Below are positions 18,572 to 27,821 of a DNA stretch of 64,000 nt, piece after piece. The position numbers and the translations under genes are program-made. The stretch is from an uncultured Planctomycetales bacterium (GTDB lineage Bacteria > Planctomycetota > Phycisphaerae > UBA1845 > PWPN01). The stretch lies in the NCBI GenBank assembly GCA_964618455.1, contig CAZUAQ010000019.1, positions 8,690 to 72,689 on the forward strand, written 5' to 3'. Positions within the stretch are counted from its first letter, which is position 1. Each line of letters opens with the position of its first letter. The notes under the pieces were generated by a model that saw nothing but the letters and a program-made list of their open reading frames with translations, ran no database searches and was not told the DNA's origin.

Positions 18572-19825
18572 ATGAAGGGTTGGCTACTGGCGGCGACGGT
18601 CATGCTTGTGCCCTGGCTGGGAATCTCCGCCTGGTACAGATGGAGCGGTGATGCCGATTTCTCCCCTCCCGAGCCGCCTGCGGAACTGGCCGACGAGTTT
18701 CGTCTGGCGTCCACTCCCGGCGAGCCGGCATATACCGGCGGTCCCTCGCATTTCTTCGTGGATGACACCTCCCGATCGCGAACGTTGGAAAGCACGCCGG
18801 CCATGCGCCTGAATCGCTCACCTACCGTCGATGAGCGCCTGACCGACTGGGTCCGCGAGTTCGAAATCACCCCGTTTGATCGGGTCGCGGAGCCGGGACC
18901 CTATGGGGAGGGCATCCGATGGCTCCTGGAAGGTGATGCGACCCGTGCCGAAGCCTTTTTCGATCGAGCGCTGACACGCGACGGCAATGATCCCGGTGCC
19001 ATGCTCGGTAAGGCGCTGGCGCTGGTGAAGCTGGAACGATGGGATGATGCTTCAATCTGGTATGAAAACCTGACGCGCCTCTGCCCGAACCATGCAACAC
19101 TCTGGTCGCAATGGGTTGTGGTGCTCACTCGGGAAGGGCGACCGCGCGACGCCGGCAGGGCGTATCGACAGGTCGTGATGCTGGCGCCGCATCACGATCG
19201 CGCCCGGTTTAATCTGGCGGCGCATCTCCAGGCCGGGGGCGCCTGGATCGAGGCTCTGGAGCACTGGCGCGTGCTGACCGACGCGAAAACTGAGTCTTCG
19301 TCCATCAGAAACAAGCCATTGGTCGCCTCCGACTGCCGATTCTCGGCTTTCGAGCCGTGGCTGACGCCGGGCGATGGAGCACTGAGCGACACCATGATGA
19401 CCGAGGCGTGGCATCACCGGGGCGAAGCCGCCCTGGAAAGCCACCTGAACAAGGAAGCCGTGGCAGCGTTCATGCAGGTGACGCAGCGCGAGAACGCGCC
19501 GCTCTCCGCCTGGGTGAACCTGGGCATTGCCCATGCCCGGCGCGGACGACCGGGAGACGCTCTTCACGCACTCGATCAGGCACTTGTGATCGACGACAAC
19601 TGCCTGCCCGCCATTAATCAGCGTGCTTATATCCTGGCCGATCGGTTCCGCATCCATCGTGATGCCGGCACACGCAGAGAACTCATGCACTGGCTCGACC
19701 GCTCCCTGAGCATCCGTCCCGATCAGGACAACATCCTTGCTCTTCGCCTGGCCGCGCGCGAGGTGGAGGTACTTGACCTCGTGAATCCCCCAGACCTCTC
19801 GGAAAGCGGTTCTCATGAACGTTGA
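18572..19825 (+). CDS. TPR protein with N-terminal TM/signal
   Basis: Hydrophobic N-terminus from ATG 18572 and repeated TPR patterns (AWVNLGIAH). The longer ORF from 18392 runs through the RNA hairpin. Confidence 0.75.
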   Translation: MKGWLLAATVMLVPWLGISAWYRWSGDADFSPPEPPAELADEFRLASTPGEPAYTGGPSHFFVDDTSRSRTLESTPAMRLNRSPTVDERLTDWVREFEITPFDRVAEPGPYGEGIRWLLEGDATRAEAFFDRALTRDGNDPGAMLGKALALVKLERWDDASIWYENLTRLCPNHATLWSQWVVVLTREGRPRDAGRAYRQVVMLAPHHDRARFNLAAHLQAGGAWIEALEHWRVLTDAKTESSSIRNKPLVASDCRFSAFEPWLTPGDGALSDTMMTEAWHHRGEAALESHLNKEAVAAFMQVTQRENAPLSAWVNLGIAHARRGRPGDALHALDQALVIDDNCLPAINQRAYILADRFRIHRDAGTRRELMHWLDRSLSIRPDQDNILALRLAAREVEVLDLVNPPDLSESGSHER

Positions 19826-20753
19826 CCTCAGGCGTCCGTCGGCTTCGCGGTACACCGGACCGATCATCGACGCCCATAATCATTACGGCCGATTGAATGC
19901 TACCTCGCGCATGATCAAGGCGGGAACGATCTACGGCGTGTCGAAATGGATCGGCATCTGCCGTATTGACGAGGTGGACGCGCTCCGGCGGCGCTTCGGC
20001 GATCGTGCCGGATTCTCCATCTGGACCGAGCACAAACAAGTCGAGCCGGTGACGTTTGTCGACACCAACCTGCGTATCGTGCAACAGGCGGTCGACAAAG
20101 GCTGCCATTGCATGAAATTCTGGTACAAGCCGGAATTCAACCGGCGGAGCGGCATGTTCTTTGACGACCCCCGTCTCGACCCGGTCTTCTCCGCCATCAC
20201 CGAGGCCGATCTGCCCGTGCTCGTCCACATCGCCGACCCCGACGTCTGGTGGACCAAGCACTATCACGATCCGGAGATCTTCGAACGCAAGAAATTCACC
20301 TACCGCCAGCTCAAGAATACCCTCGACCGCTTTCCCGACATGCGTGTGCTCGTCGCTCACATGGGGGGCTGGCCTGAGAATCTACTGTTTCTGGAGGAAC
20401 TGCTTGGCACCTATCCCAACCTCTACTTCGACACCTCCGCCACGAAGTGGATTGCCCGCGAACTCTCCATCCAGCCCGCCGCCGCGCATGATTTCGTGAT
20501 TCGCCACGCCGACCGGCTCCTCTTCGGCAGCGATCTCGTTGCCTTCGGCCACGCCGATGTCGATCACCATTGCTCCCGCTACTGGGTGCATCGCCATCTG
20601 TACGAGAACGACCACATCGCCCGCTCGCCCATTCACGACCCTGACGCGCCCGGCCCCGTCCACGTCGCCGGTCTCGATCTGCCTATGACGACACTCCAGC
20701 GCATTTACCACGACAATTCACATGCCTTCTTCAAGCTCGACAAACGACCATAA
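19815..20753 (+). CDS. Amidohydrolase family protein (TIM barrel, amidohydro_2-like)
   Basis: IIDAHNH, VLVHIAD, VAHMGG, YFDTSA and LLFGSD motifs. Confidence 0.85.
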   Translation: MNVDLRRPSASRYTGPIIDAHNHYGRLNATSRMIKAGTIYGVSKWIGICRIDEVDALRRRFGDRAGFSIWTEHKQVEPVTFVDTNLRIVQQAVDKGCHCMKFWYKPEFNRRSGMFFDDPRLDPVFSAITEADLPVLVHIADPDVWWTKHYHDPEIFERKKFTYRQLKNTLDRFPDMRVLVAHMGGWPENLLFLEELLGTYPNLYFDTSATKWIARELSIQPAAAHDFVIRHADRLLFGSDLVAFGHADVDHHCSRYWVHRHLYENDHIARSPIHDPDAPGPVHVAGLDLPMTTLQRIYHDNSHAFFKLDKRP

Positions 20754-20799
20754 CGCGACACTGCGCCGGATCTCATGCTGCACCTCGCCGCTCATAGTA

Positions 20800-20832
20800 A
20801 AGGCCCGCTCATCACGAGGACGAGCGGGCCTT
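20800..20832. terminator. Stem-loop between convergent genes
   Basis: 11-bp stem AAGGCCCGCTC / GAGCGGGCCTT. Confidence 0.6.
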
Positions 20833-20853
20833 CGAGATCCTGATGTGGGATGC

Positions 20854-22944
20854 TTACGGTGCGGCCACGTCCGCATGATCGCGCGCGTGCTCGGCATGAT
20901 GCATCTCGATCAACTGCGCGAGCAGTCGTGCCGCATCACGCACTTCGATTCGCAGCGTGACCCCTTCACCATTCTCGAGCGTATACATCGCCATCGGTCG
21001 GACTTCACCCATCGGCTCCAGCGGCAAAGCATCATCACCGATTGACGCCGCCTTCATTCGTTCCATCCGAATCGCAGAGTTAATGGCGACGTCCGGACGA
21101 ATCACGAGTAGCTTGTTGGCCGGCGGGGGGATCATGCTCAATGTCTCCGCCACCATCGCATGACTGGCCAGGCTCTCCGCTTCGTCGGCCGCAACGCGGA
21201 ACACCTCCCGCGCCAGCGGTTCATAGAGCGTCACCACAAACGTCTCTCCCTGCTGAAGTACCACCGGCACCAGCGGAAAGCCCGCGATGATGTACCGCTT
21301 CAAGGAGGCGTTCCCGAGTGCGATGCCCGTGATCTCCGCCTGGGCCTGGACGTCACCCAGATGCTCGCGGGCCATGCCTGTCGCGATCCGCTCGAGTGTC
21401 ATGTCAAACTTCTCGGCATCCTTCACCCGTAGCACCAGCAGGCTGCCCAGCCCGTACGCCGATTCGGGATCGCCTTCACCCAGTCCGAATTCGAGCGCCT
21501 CGTCATCCGGCGTCGTGACCGCCAGGGCGAAACTTCGGATGTTCGCGAAGACCTCGTCCTGAAGATCGATCCCCAGTGCCGTCTCCAGTTCCGCCACGCC
21601 CGCTTCAGGATCCTCGTGATCTTCGTGGGGCGCTTCGCGCCGGCCGATTTCGACGGCTTTCTTTGCAAACGCCATCAACGCGTCGTACTTGGATTCGCCG
21701 TCGCCGACGGTCATCAGTCCGCAGAAGAGGGCATCGGCGGGAACGTATGCCATCAGATCGCGATCCGCCGACGGCGTGTGCATGAGGTGATACATCCGGT
21801 TGGGATGACCGGCTTTGAATGACACCGCCATCTCAAACGCAACCCCGCCATCGATCAACCGGCTTCGCAGCGCCAGGTCATCCACGGCCTCGATATCCGC
21901 CAGTTCGTTCAGCAGGGCCAGCTCGTGCATCTCGTGCGACGGGATCATCGCCTTGGCCCGCGTCAGCAAGCCATGGATGTCCGCATACATCAGGATCACG
22001 CTGTCCTGGCGACGCGCACCCGCCTGGCGCTGAAAACGTTCCTGGTCCGCCAGTGTTGCTGCACCGCCTTCGCCGGATGCGGTCCGACCCGCAAGCCGGT
22101 CCAATGTATCCATGACCAGCGCCCGAGGTGTGCCGAGGAGAATGGCCTCCGGGGTGATGGCGGCGTACATCGACTCCTTGGATTTCGGCTGCATCCGGTG
22201 AACAGTCGCGTCGCCCACGGTCTCCACCGACTCCGAGCCCATCGTCAGCAGCATCTGCAACATGCCGCGGATCGCCTGGCTCTGCCCCGGCAGAAGCACG
22301 CTCACGAATTCCGGGTCATCCTCGGTCGTCTGCGGATCGTCGATCTGCGTCAGGCCGACCGCCAGGCCTTCGATCTTTTTCAGCTCGCCCAGCAAGGCGG
22401 GATTGAACACCATGCCCAGCGGTGATCGTGGTTCCGCGCCGTTCGCGACGGCATCGCCTCGAAGATCACCAAGCACCTCCTGCAGAGGATCTTCCATGCC
22501 CGCCTCCTGGAAGAGCTCCAGGATCTGCTCCAACTGGCGGCCCGGCTCGACCAGCTCCAAGTACACGAGGGTCTCGGCGGGCATCAATCTGGCCGGATCA
22601 CGCGCCGACAGATGCGCGAGCTTCGCCCGGGCCGCCGCCGCCTCCGGTGTGTTCGGAGCATACTTTGCCAGCCAGTCGGCGTGCACACGCGCTTCCTCGA
22701 TACGCCCCAGGTCCACCAGGAGATTCGTCATCTCCGCCCGCGCCTGCGCCTGCTGACTCGCCGTCGCTGCTTCGTGATCCAGCACACGCTGGTAGTACGA
22801 CAGCGCCGCGTCCACGTTCCCCAGTACGCGCGCCTGGTGTTCCGCTTCCTGCAGTAATGCCGGAACGGACAGAGTCGTCTGCCCGAACACGGCCCAAGGC
22901 AGAACCAGTACCCCGATCATCGACACCATCATGATTCGTCGCAT
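20854..22944 (-). CDS. Exported protein with TPR-like N-terminus and DUF3352-like region
   Basis: GGAAGGAG RBS, signal peptide MRRIMMVSMIGVLVLPWAVFG, TPR-like helices, ARLMPAETLVYLE and MAYVPADA repeats. Confidence 0.6.
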   Translation of the reverse strand: MRRIMMVSMIGVLVLPWAVFGQTTLSVPALLQEAEHQARVLGNVDAALSYYQRVLDHEAATASQQAQARAEMTNLLVDLGRIEEARVHADWLAKYAPNTPEAAAARAKLAHLSARDPARLMPAETLVYLELVEPGRQLEQILELFQEAGMEDPLQEVLGDLRGDAVANGAEPRSPLGMVFNPALLGELKKIEGLAVGLTQIDDPQTTEDDPEFVSVLLPGQSQAIRGMLQMLLTMGSESVETVGDATVHRMQPKSKESMYAAITPEAILLGTPRALVMDTLDRLAGRTASGEGGAATLADQERFQRQAGARRQDSVILMYADIHGLLTRAKAMIPSHEMHELALLNELADIEAVDDLALRSRLIDGGVAFEMAVSFKAGHPNRMYHLMHTPSADRDLMAYVPADALFCGLMTVGDGESKYDALMAFAKKAVEIGRREAPHEDHEDPEAGVAELETALGIDLQDEVFANIRSFALAVTTPDDEALEFGLGEGDPESAYGLGSLLVLRVKDAEKFDMTLERIATGMAREHLGDVQAQAEITGIALGNASLKRYIIAGFPLVPVVLQQGETFVVTLYEPLAREVFRVAADEAESLASHAMVAETLSMIPPPANKLLVIRPDVAINSAIRMERMKAASIGDDALPLEPMGEVRPMAMYTLENGEGVTLRIEVRDAARLLAQLIEMHHAEHARDHADVAAP

Positions 22945-23037
22945 GAAAGACTCCTTCCGTGTAACAGAGTGCCCGTCGTCATACGCGGGACGCTCAACCA
23001 CCGTTCACCATAACCCTACACTGCAAGTGGGACGAAG

Positions 23038-23076
23038 TTGTCAGAGATGAGTGGGGAATTGTCAGATGTTGTCAGA
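23038..23076. promoter_or_regulatory. Three direct repeats TTGTCAGA (OmpR/PhoB-type operator candidate)
   Basis: Copies at 23038, 23059 and 23069, i.e. 21-bp and 10-bp spacing. Confidence 0.55.
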
Positions 23077-23108
23077 TCGAGTCGAAATGAAAGGTGGACA
23101 GGGGGAGA

Positions 23109-23504
23109 TCAGCTGTGCGCGAAGGCTTCCCGCTCAAAGGGATTGTCCCGGTAAGGATCCAACCCGCGCAAGTACGCCACAAGACTGAACAGCAGGTAGA
23201 GCGGGATGAACAGCGGCCCCCAGCGTTCATATTGCCTCACGTGAACGCGTTCGTGACGTCGGGAACGTTCGAGGCAGGCAGCATCGGAGCCCCACACGAC
23301 GTGACCCAAAGTGATGGCCGCGCCCGGACCGACCCAGGGTAAGCCGTTTCGAAGCAGCCTTGACGCGATGCCACCCTCCACTTCCAGAACGCCTTGAACG
23401 ACGCGCAGTTTTCCTCCCTGAAGCAGGACGATCGGAACGACCGACAGTCCGAGCAGCGAGCCCGGCAGAGCCCAGAGATAGAGCAGAGGCTGATACCATT
23501 TCAT
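23109..23504 (-). CDS. Small conserved membrane-associated hypothetical protein with HExxH motif
   Basis: AITLGHVV...RRHERVHVRQYERWGPLFIPLY...NPFEREA. Confidence 0.7.
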   Translation of the reverse strand: MKWYQPLLYLWALPGSLLGLSVVPIVLLQGGKLRVVQGVLEVEGGIASRLLRNGLPWVGPGAAITLGHVVWGSDAACLERSRRHERVHVRQYERWGPLFIPLYLLFSLVAYLRGLDPYRDNPFEREAFAHS

Positions 23505-23532
23505 GATCAGGTTCCGTCGGGCGAATCATGGT

Positions 23533-24213
23533 TCATGGAACGAACTTGTAGCCCACGCCGTGAACGGTGAGCAGGTGCTTCGGCCGTTTCGGGTTCAGTT
23601 CCACCTTCCGCCGCAGGCTGACGATGTGATTGTCGACGGCACGATCGGACGAGACGGCATCGTCGCCCCAGATGGCCTTGAGCATCTCCGCACGCGTGAT
23701 GTGCACCCCCGGGCGAGCCATCAGGAGACGCAGAATCTCGATTTCGCAGTGCCCCAGAGAGAATGTCTCTCCCGCGCGGAAGATCTCTCCGCGGGCGAAG
23801 TCTACCCTTGCCGAACCGATGGCGGCGGATGATTCACTTTCGTTCCGATTACCGTGCCGCCGAAGGGCAGCCTTGATCCGGGCCAGCAATTCACGCAGTC
23901 CGAAGGGCTTGGTCACGTAATCATCGGCGCCCAGCTCGAGTCCGCGGACGATATCCATTTCCTGGCTCCGCGCGGTCAGCATGATAATGGGGACCTTCAG
24001 CCCCGCGGCGCGAACGGCCCGGCACACCTCGAAGCCGTCCATGCCCGGCAGCATGACGTCCAGCAGGATCAGATCGGGCCGGTGCGACTTGACGCGTTCC
24101 GCCGCCTCCGGACCACCGGCAAAGTGCTCGACGCCGTATCCCTCTATTTCGAGGTTATCCACGAGCCCTTGGGCCAGGTCCGAGTCGTCTTCAATGATCA
24201 GAACCTTCGGCAT
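23533..24213 (-). CDS. OmpR/PhoB-family response regulator
   Basis: VLIIEDD, LLDVMLPGMDG, GADDYVTKPF, winged helix ending LLTVHGVGYKF. Confidence 0.95.
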   Translation of the reverse strand: MPKVLIIEDDSDLAQGLVDNLEIEGYGVEHFAGGPEAAERVKSHRPDLILLDVMLPGMDGFEVCRAVRAAGLKVPIIMLTARSQEMDIVRGLELGADDYVTKPFGLRELLARIKAALRRHGNRNESESSAAIGSARVDFARGEIFRAGETFSLGHCEIEILRLLMARPGVHITRAEMLKAIWGDDAVSSDRAVDNHIVSLRRKVELNPKRPKHLLTVHGVGYKFVP

Positions 24214-24579
24214 GAGTCGCATCTTACAGGAGGTCACCGGTCGCGAGAAAAGATTGCTCAACCGTCGATAGCAGCTACGGAAAGTCCGAATACCATGTCA
24301 ATCGACGCCAATGCGCGCCCGGTATCGGGACATCTTCTTTCGTGATCGCCAAGATATCGCATTAAGCGATTTGGAAGTAGCTTTATGATTCCAGGACGTT
24401 ATAATTGAGGTGAGTTCGCGGAAATACTCTATCCACATCGTTACGGACTTCTACGAAAAATAATTGTGGATAAAGTGATCAACTTACAATTTTATCGTCG
24501 ACACGGTCAGGGGATCGTGATAGACTTTGATGTGGGAGGTAGGCGACTCCTGAGTCGCCTTTCAGTCGCGAGGTGTGAG

Positions 24580-27500
24580 ATGAATTATCAGCATGAGCAG
24601 GACCGCCCGAGCGGTCGGGAACGGTCTATCCCCGTCCAGTCCGAAAACCATCACGAAGGTTCAGCCAAGCCGATGACCTTGACGGTCGTCCGGCTTCTAC
24701 GCGCGTTCGGAGCCCTGGTGTTCCGCAATCGCCTGGCCATCGGCCTGGCATCGCTGGCCTGGCTGATCTATCGATCAGGCACCAAGCCGAGCCGGATGAC
24801 CTATCCCTGCCAGCAGGCCGCCGCCGCCAACGTCGGCGTGATCCTGGCGGGCATCATCCCGGCCTGTCTGCTGTCGCGCTGGAAGCGGGCCGACGGGCTC
24901 TCGCATGCCACGGCGTGGAAGCGCCAGGCCGTGGTGGGCGCGTTACTCTTCGTGACCGCCTTCCTTGGAATCGAGAGCTTCCAGTATGCCGGCGGCATCG
25001 CCGATGAAGGCGGCACCGCCCAGCCGATGAATCTGAACCTCGGTACATCGGTCGTGGGTATCGCCAAGATGGATCCGGCGGATTCGGTCGGCTGGTACAC
25101 CGACGCCGAAATTGAGGCGATGGTCCGCGAGGCGGTTGCCAAGGCCGGCGGCCTCACGTCCCTCATGATCGATAAGAACGGCGACAACCAGATCAAGGTG
25201 ATGGTCAAGCCCAACCAGACGCAGGATAAGTGGCAACCGGGCGAAGGTGTGAATACGCATCCAACGGTCACTCGCACGGTCGTGCTCATGGCCCAGGAAG
25301 CCGGCGCCGACGAAGTGTTCATCGCCGATGGCAGCGCGTCCACACGCGACTTCAATTATCCCTACCGGGACATCACTCTCGAGGCGTTCCGCACCTGCGG
25401 GTATGACGACAATGACGATCAGATTGACGACGTGACCGGCGTCACCCTTGTGGACCTGAATGACTGTGGCACGGGCAACGTGATTCCCCCATCCAGCCTG
25501 GATCCCCAGAATCCGCCGCCGGACTGCTCCGCCGTCGACATCCCCAATCGCGTACTCCGCACCACGTGGTGGCAGCACAATACCCTGGTCCAGGGTCATC
25601 CCGATGCCGCGGATGTGGTCATCTGCGTGCCGACGCTGAAGAATCACATGAACGGCGGGGTCACGCTTGCCATGAAGAATCGCGTCGGCACGGCGCCGAA
25701 CGACGTCTACTACGCCGAGCATTTCGGTGGTGCTTACGCAAAGCAGCTCAAGTGGAGCGGTGTCCACTCGGTGGATATCAACGCCGCCTATCCCGGGTTT
25801 GGTTACGACATCGGCAGCAAGCCGATCAACGAAGACGCCGTTGTGGCCCGCTCGATTGTGGACCTGAATCTGTTGCGGCCGCAGGACTTTGCAGTGATAG
25901 ATGGATTGGTCGGTATCGAGAACGGCCCGGTTGGCGATGGCAACTCTGCCAGTCTTCAGAAGAGAGCGTCTCATCTGATCATCGCCGGGAAGGATTCCGT
26001 GGCCACCGATACCGTCGGTACCATCGCCATGGGGTACGACCCCATGAGCATTCCCCAGCTCGTCAACGCTCACAACACCGGCGCGCTCGGCACCATGGAT
26101 ACGTCGCAGATCACCGTGGTCGGTGATCGGATCTCGCTGGTACGCGACAACTATCGCACGGATTGGGACGATCCGGGACAGCAGATCCGCGGTGAGGAAA
26201 GCGCGCCCTGGATGACGAACATTTCCGTCGCCGAAGGCGATACGGTCGCCGGCGGCCAGGCGGTGAATGTCTCGGGCATCGGTGACAACGTCGGCATCGT
26301 CAAGGCCGAAGTGGCGGTCGATCAGCTCGGTCCCAACCTCGTGGTCAATGGCGACTTCGAAAACGGGTCCACCGGCTGGCAGCCCTGGGAGAGCGCCTGG
26401 GGTTCCAACAAGGTGCGCGACTATGCCAACACCGAGCCGGGACACATCGGCAACGCCTGCCTGAAGCTGGGCAACAGCAATTCCACCGGAAGCTACGGTT
26501 CTTACCAGGAAGTCACGGTCGAGCCCGGCAAGACCTACCGTGTCGACGTCTACTGGCGTGGCCAGAAACTGACCGACATGAACTGGTTCGAGGTGATTCT
26601 GCTGGACGGCCCGTTCAACATGCAGAATGCCGACAGTGGAAGCCCCGCCTCGGAGTTTGTCGAGCCCAACTACGCGTACGCCTACGACAACAACACCTAC
26701 GGATTGCCGGGTCCGATCGGCACGACGTACGGCTGGGTCTGGGGTCACGAGCAGTACAGCGGTCCCAACCCGTTGAACCAGGTGGACTGGAACAACCGCC
26801 AGGGCCGCCGCACCGCGTCGGGCACGACCATGACGATCGTGCTCAAGGCAGGCAGTCTCAACCCGGGCATCGCCTGCTGGTTTGATGAGGTATCCCTGCG
26901 TGAGGTGCAGGGCGAGGAAGTCGTGGCGACTCTGGCGTCCCCCGGCGATCCCTTCAACATCACGATTCCCGCCGAAAACCTGCCCCCGGGCATGTACGAC
27001 GCGGAAATGCGTGTCTCGGTCTACGACGCCATGCTGAACGAGGACAGCGAGTACCGGAACGTGCAGATCAACAGCATCCCGGTCGATCCGATTCTCTGCA
27101 TCAGCCCCGAGTCGTTCACCCATACGATCTTCGTGGGCGACGCGCAGGCGGACGACGCGATCGATATCTGGAACTGCGGCGACCAGGGTATTCAGTTGGA
27201 CTACCTCGTGGATATCGCGCCCGTCTCGGCGCAGGACTGGCTGAGTGTCAGCCCGGCACTGGGGTCCTCGACGACCAACGTGAACGCACATGCGGTGCAG
27301 TACGATACACTCGGCCTGGATCCGGGCACGTACAATGCGACCATCACGGTCGACGGCAACGCGATCAACAGCCCGGTGACGGTCAACGTGACCCTCACCG
27401 TGGAGACGGTCAAGGCCGACTTCGATCTTGACGGCGACGTCGACATGGATGACTTCGCGATCATGCAGACCTGCCTCAGCAGTTCTCCAGGTGGGGCACC

Positions 27501-27624
27501 GCCGGCAGGATGTGAAGATGCGAAGTTCGATGGCGACGTGGACGTGGACAGTGTCGATATCGCGCTGTTCAAGGACTGCATGACCGCCGCCAACATGATT
27601 CCCGACCCGGCGTGCGACGATTGA
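24580..27624 (+). CDS. DUF362 domain protein with CBM-like, BACON-like and dockerin-like domains
   Basis: KPSRMTYPCQQAA leader motif, VMVKPN, PTLKNH..GVTLAMKN, AVIDGLVG, NLVVNGDFENG (CBM4/9-like), WLSVSP.LGS (BACON-like) and C-terminal DFDLDGDVD repeats. Confidence 0.8.
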   Translation: MNYQHEQDRPSGRERSIPVQSENHHEGSAKPMTLTVVRLLRAFGALVFRNRLAIGLASLAWLIYRSGTKPSRMTYPCQQAAAANVGVILAGIIPACLLSRWKRADGLSHATAWKRQAVVGALLFVTAFLGIESFQYAGGIADEGGTAQPMNLNLGTSVVGIAKMDPADSVGWYTDAEIEAMVREAVAKAGGLTSLMIDKNGDNQIKVMVKPNQTQDKWQPGEGVNTHPTVTRTVVLMAQEAGADEVFIADGSASTRDFNYPYRDITLEAFRTCGYDDNDDQIDDVTGVTLVDLNDCGTGNVIPPSSLDPQNPPPDCSAVDIPNRVLRTTWWQHNTLVQGHPDAADVVICVPTLKNHMNGGVTLAMKNRVGTAPNDVYYAEHFGGAYAKQLKWSGVHSVDINAAYPGFGYDIGSKPINEDAVVARSIVDLNLLRPQDFAVIDGLVGIENGPVGDGNSASLQKRASHLIIAGKDSVATDTVGTIAMGYDPMSIPQLVNAHNTGALGTMDTSQITVVGDRISLVRDNYRTDWDDPGQQIRGEESAPWMTNISVAEGDTVAGGQAVNVSGIGDNVGIVKAEVAVDQLGPNLVVNGDFENGSTGWQPWESAWGSNKVRDYANTEPGHIGNACLKLGNSNSTGSYGSYQEVTVEPGKTYRVDVYWRGQKLTDMNWFEVILLDGPFNMQNADSGSPASEFVEPNYAYAYDNNTYGLPGPIGTTYGWVWGHEQYSGPNPLNQVDWNNRQGRRTASGTTMTIVLKAGSLNPGIACWFDEVSLREVQGEEVVATLASPGDPFNITIPAENLPPGMYDAEMRVSVYDAMLNEDSEYRNVQINSIPVDPILCISPESFTHTIFVGDAQADDAIDIWNCGDQGIQLDYLVDIAPVSAQDWLSVSPALGSSTTNVNAHAVQYDTLGLDPGTYNATITVDGNAINSPVTVNVTLTVETVKADFDLDGDVDMDDFAIMQTCLSSSPGGAPPAGCEDAKFDGDVDVDSVDIALFKDCMTAANMIPDPACDD

Positions 27625-27748
27625 TAGCTCTCCCCCCGTTCACGCAGGGCGGACGAGGCTCTGCGTGAACGGTCCGACTTGCTCACACCTCGCCCGGAAG
27701 AGTACGGCATCAGTGAGTGCGGATGCTGCTCCTTGACCGGCGATTTCG

Positions 27749-27785
27749 TGCCCAGCAGCGTTGACGTTGTTGGGCATTTTTTTTT
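27749..27785 (+). terminator. Intrinsic terminator of the DUF362 gene
   Basis: TGCCCAGCAGCG-TTGA-CGTTGTTGGGCA stem (G-U pairs valid on + strand) followed by 9 T. Confidence 0.85.
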
Positions 27786-27821
27786 GCCTCGTGAATAGCC
27801 CGCTTACGGCTCGGGGAAGGG

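Noticed and set aside
24943-27291. 782-aa antisense ORF, and similar long antisense ORFs (8859-10316, 13700-14911, 34000-35325, 36415-37629, 38730-39980)
   Set aside because: They lie opposite well-supported genes and contain no motifs. Such shadow ORFs are expected from GC-biased codon usage.
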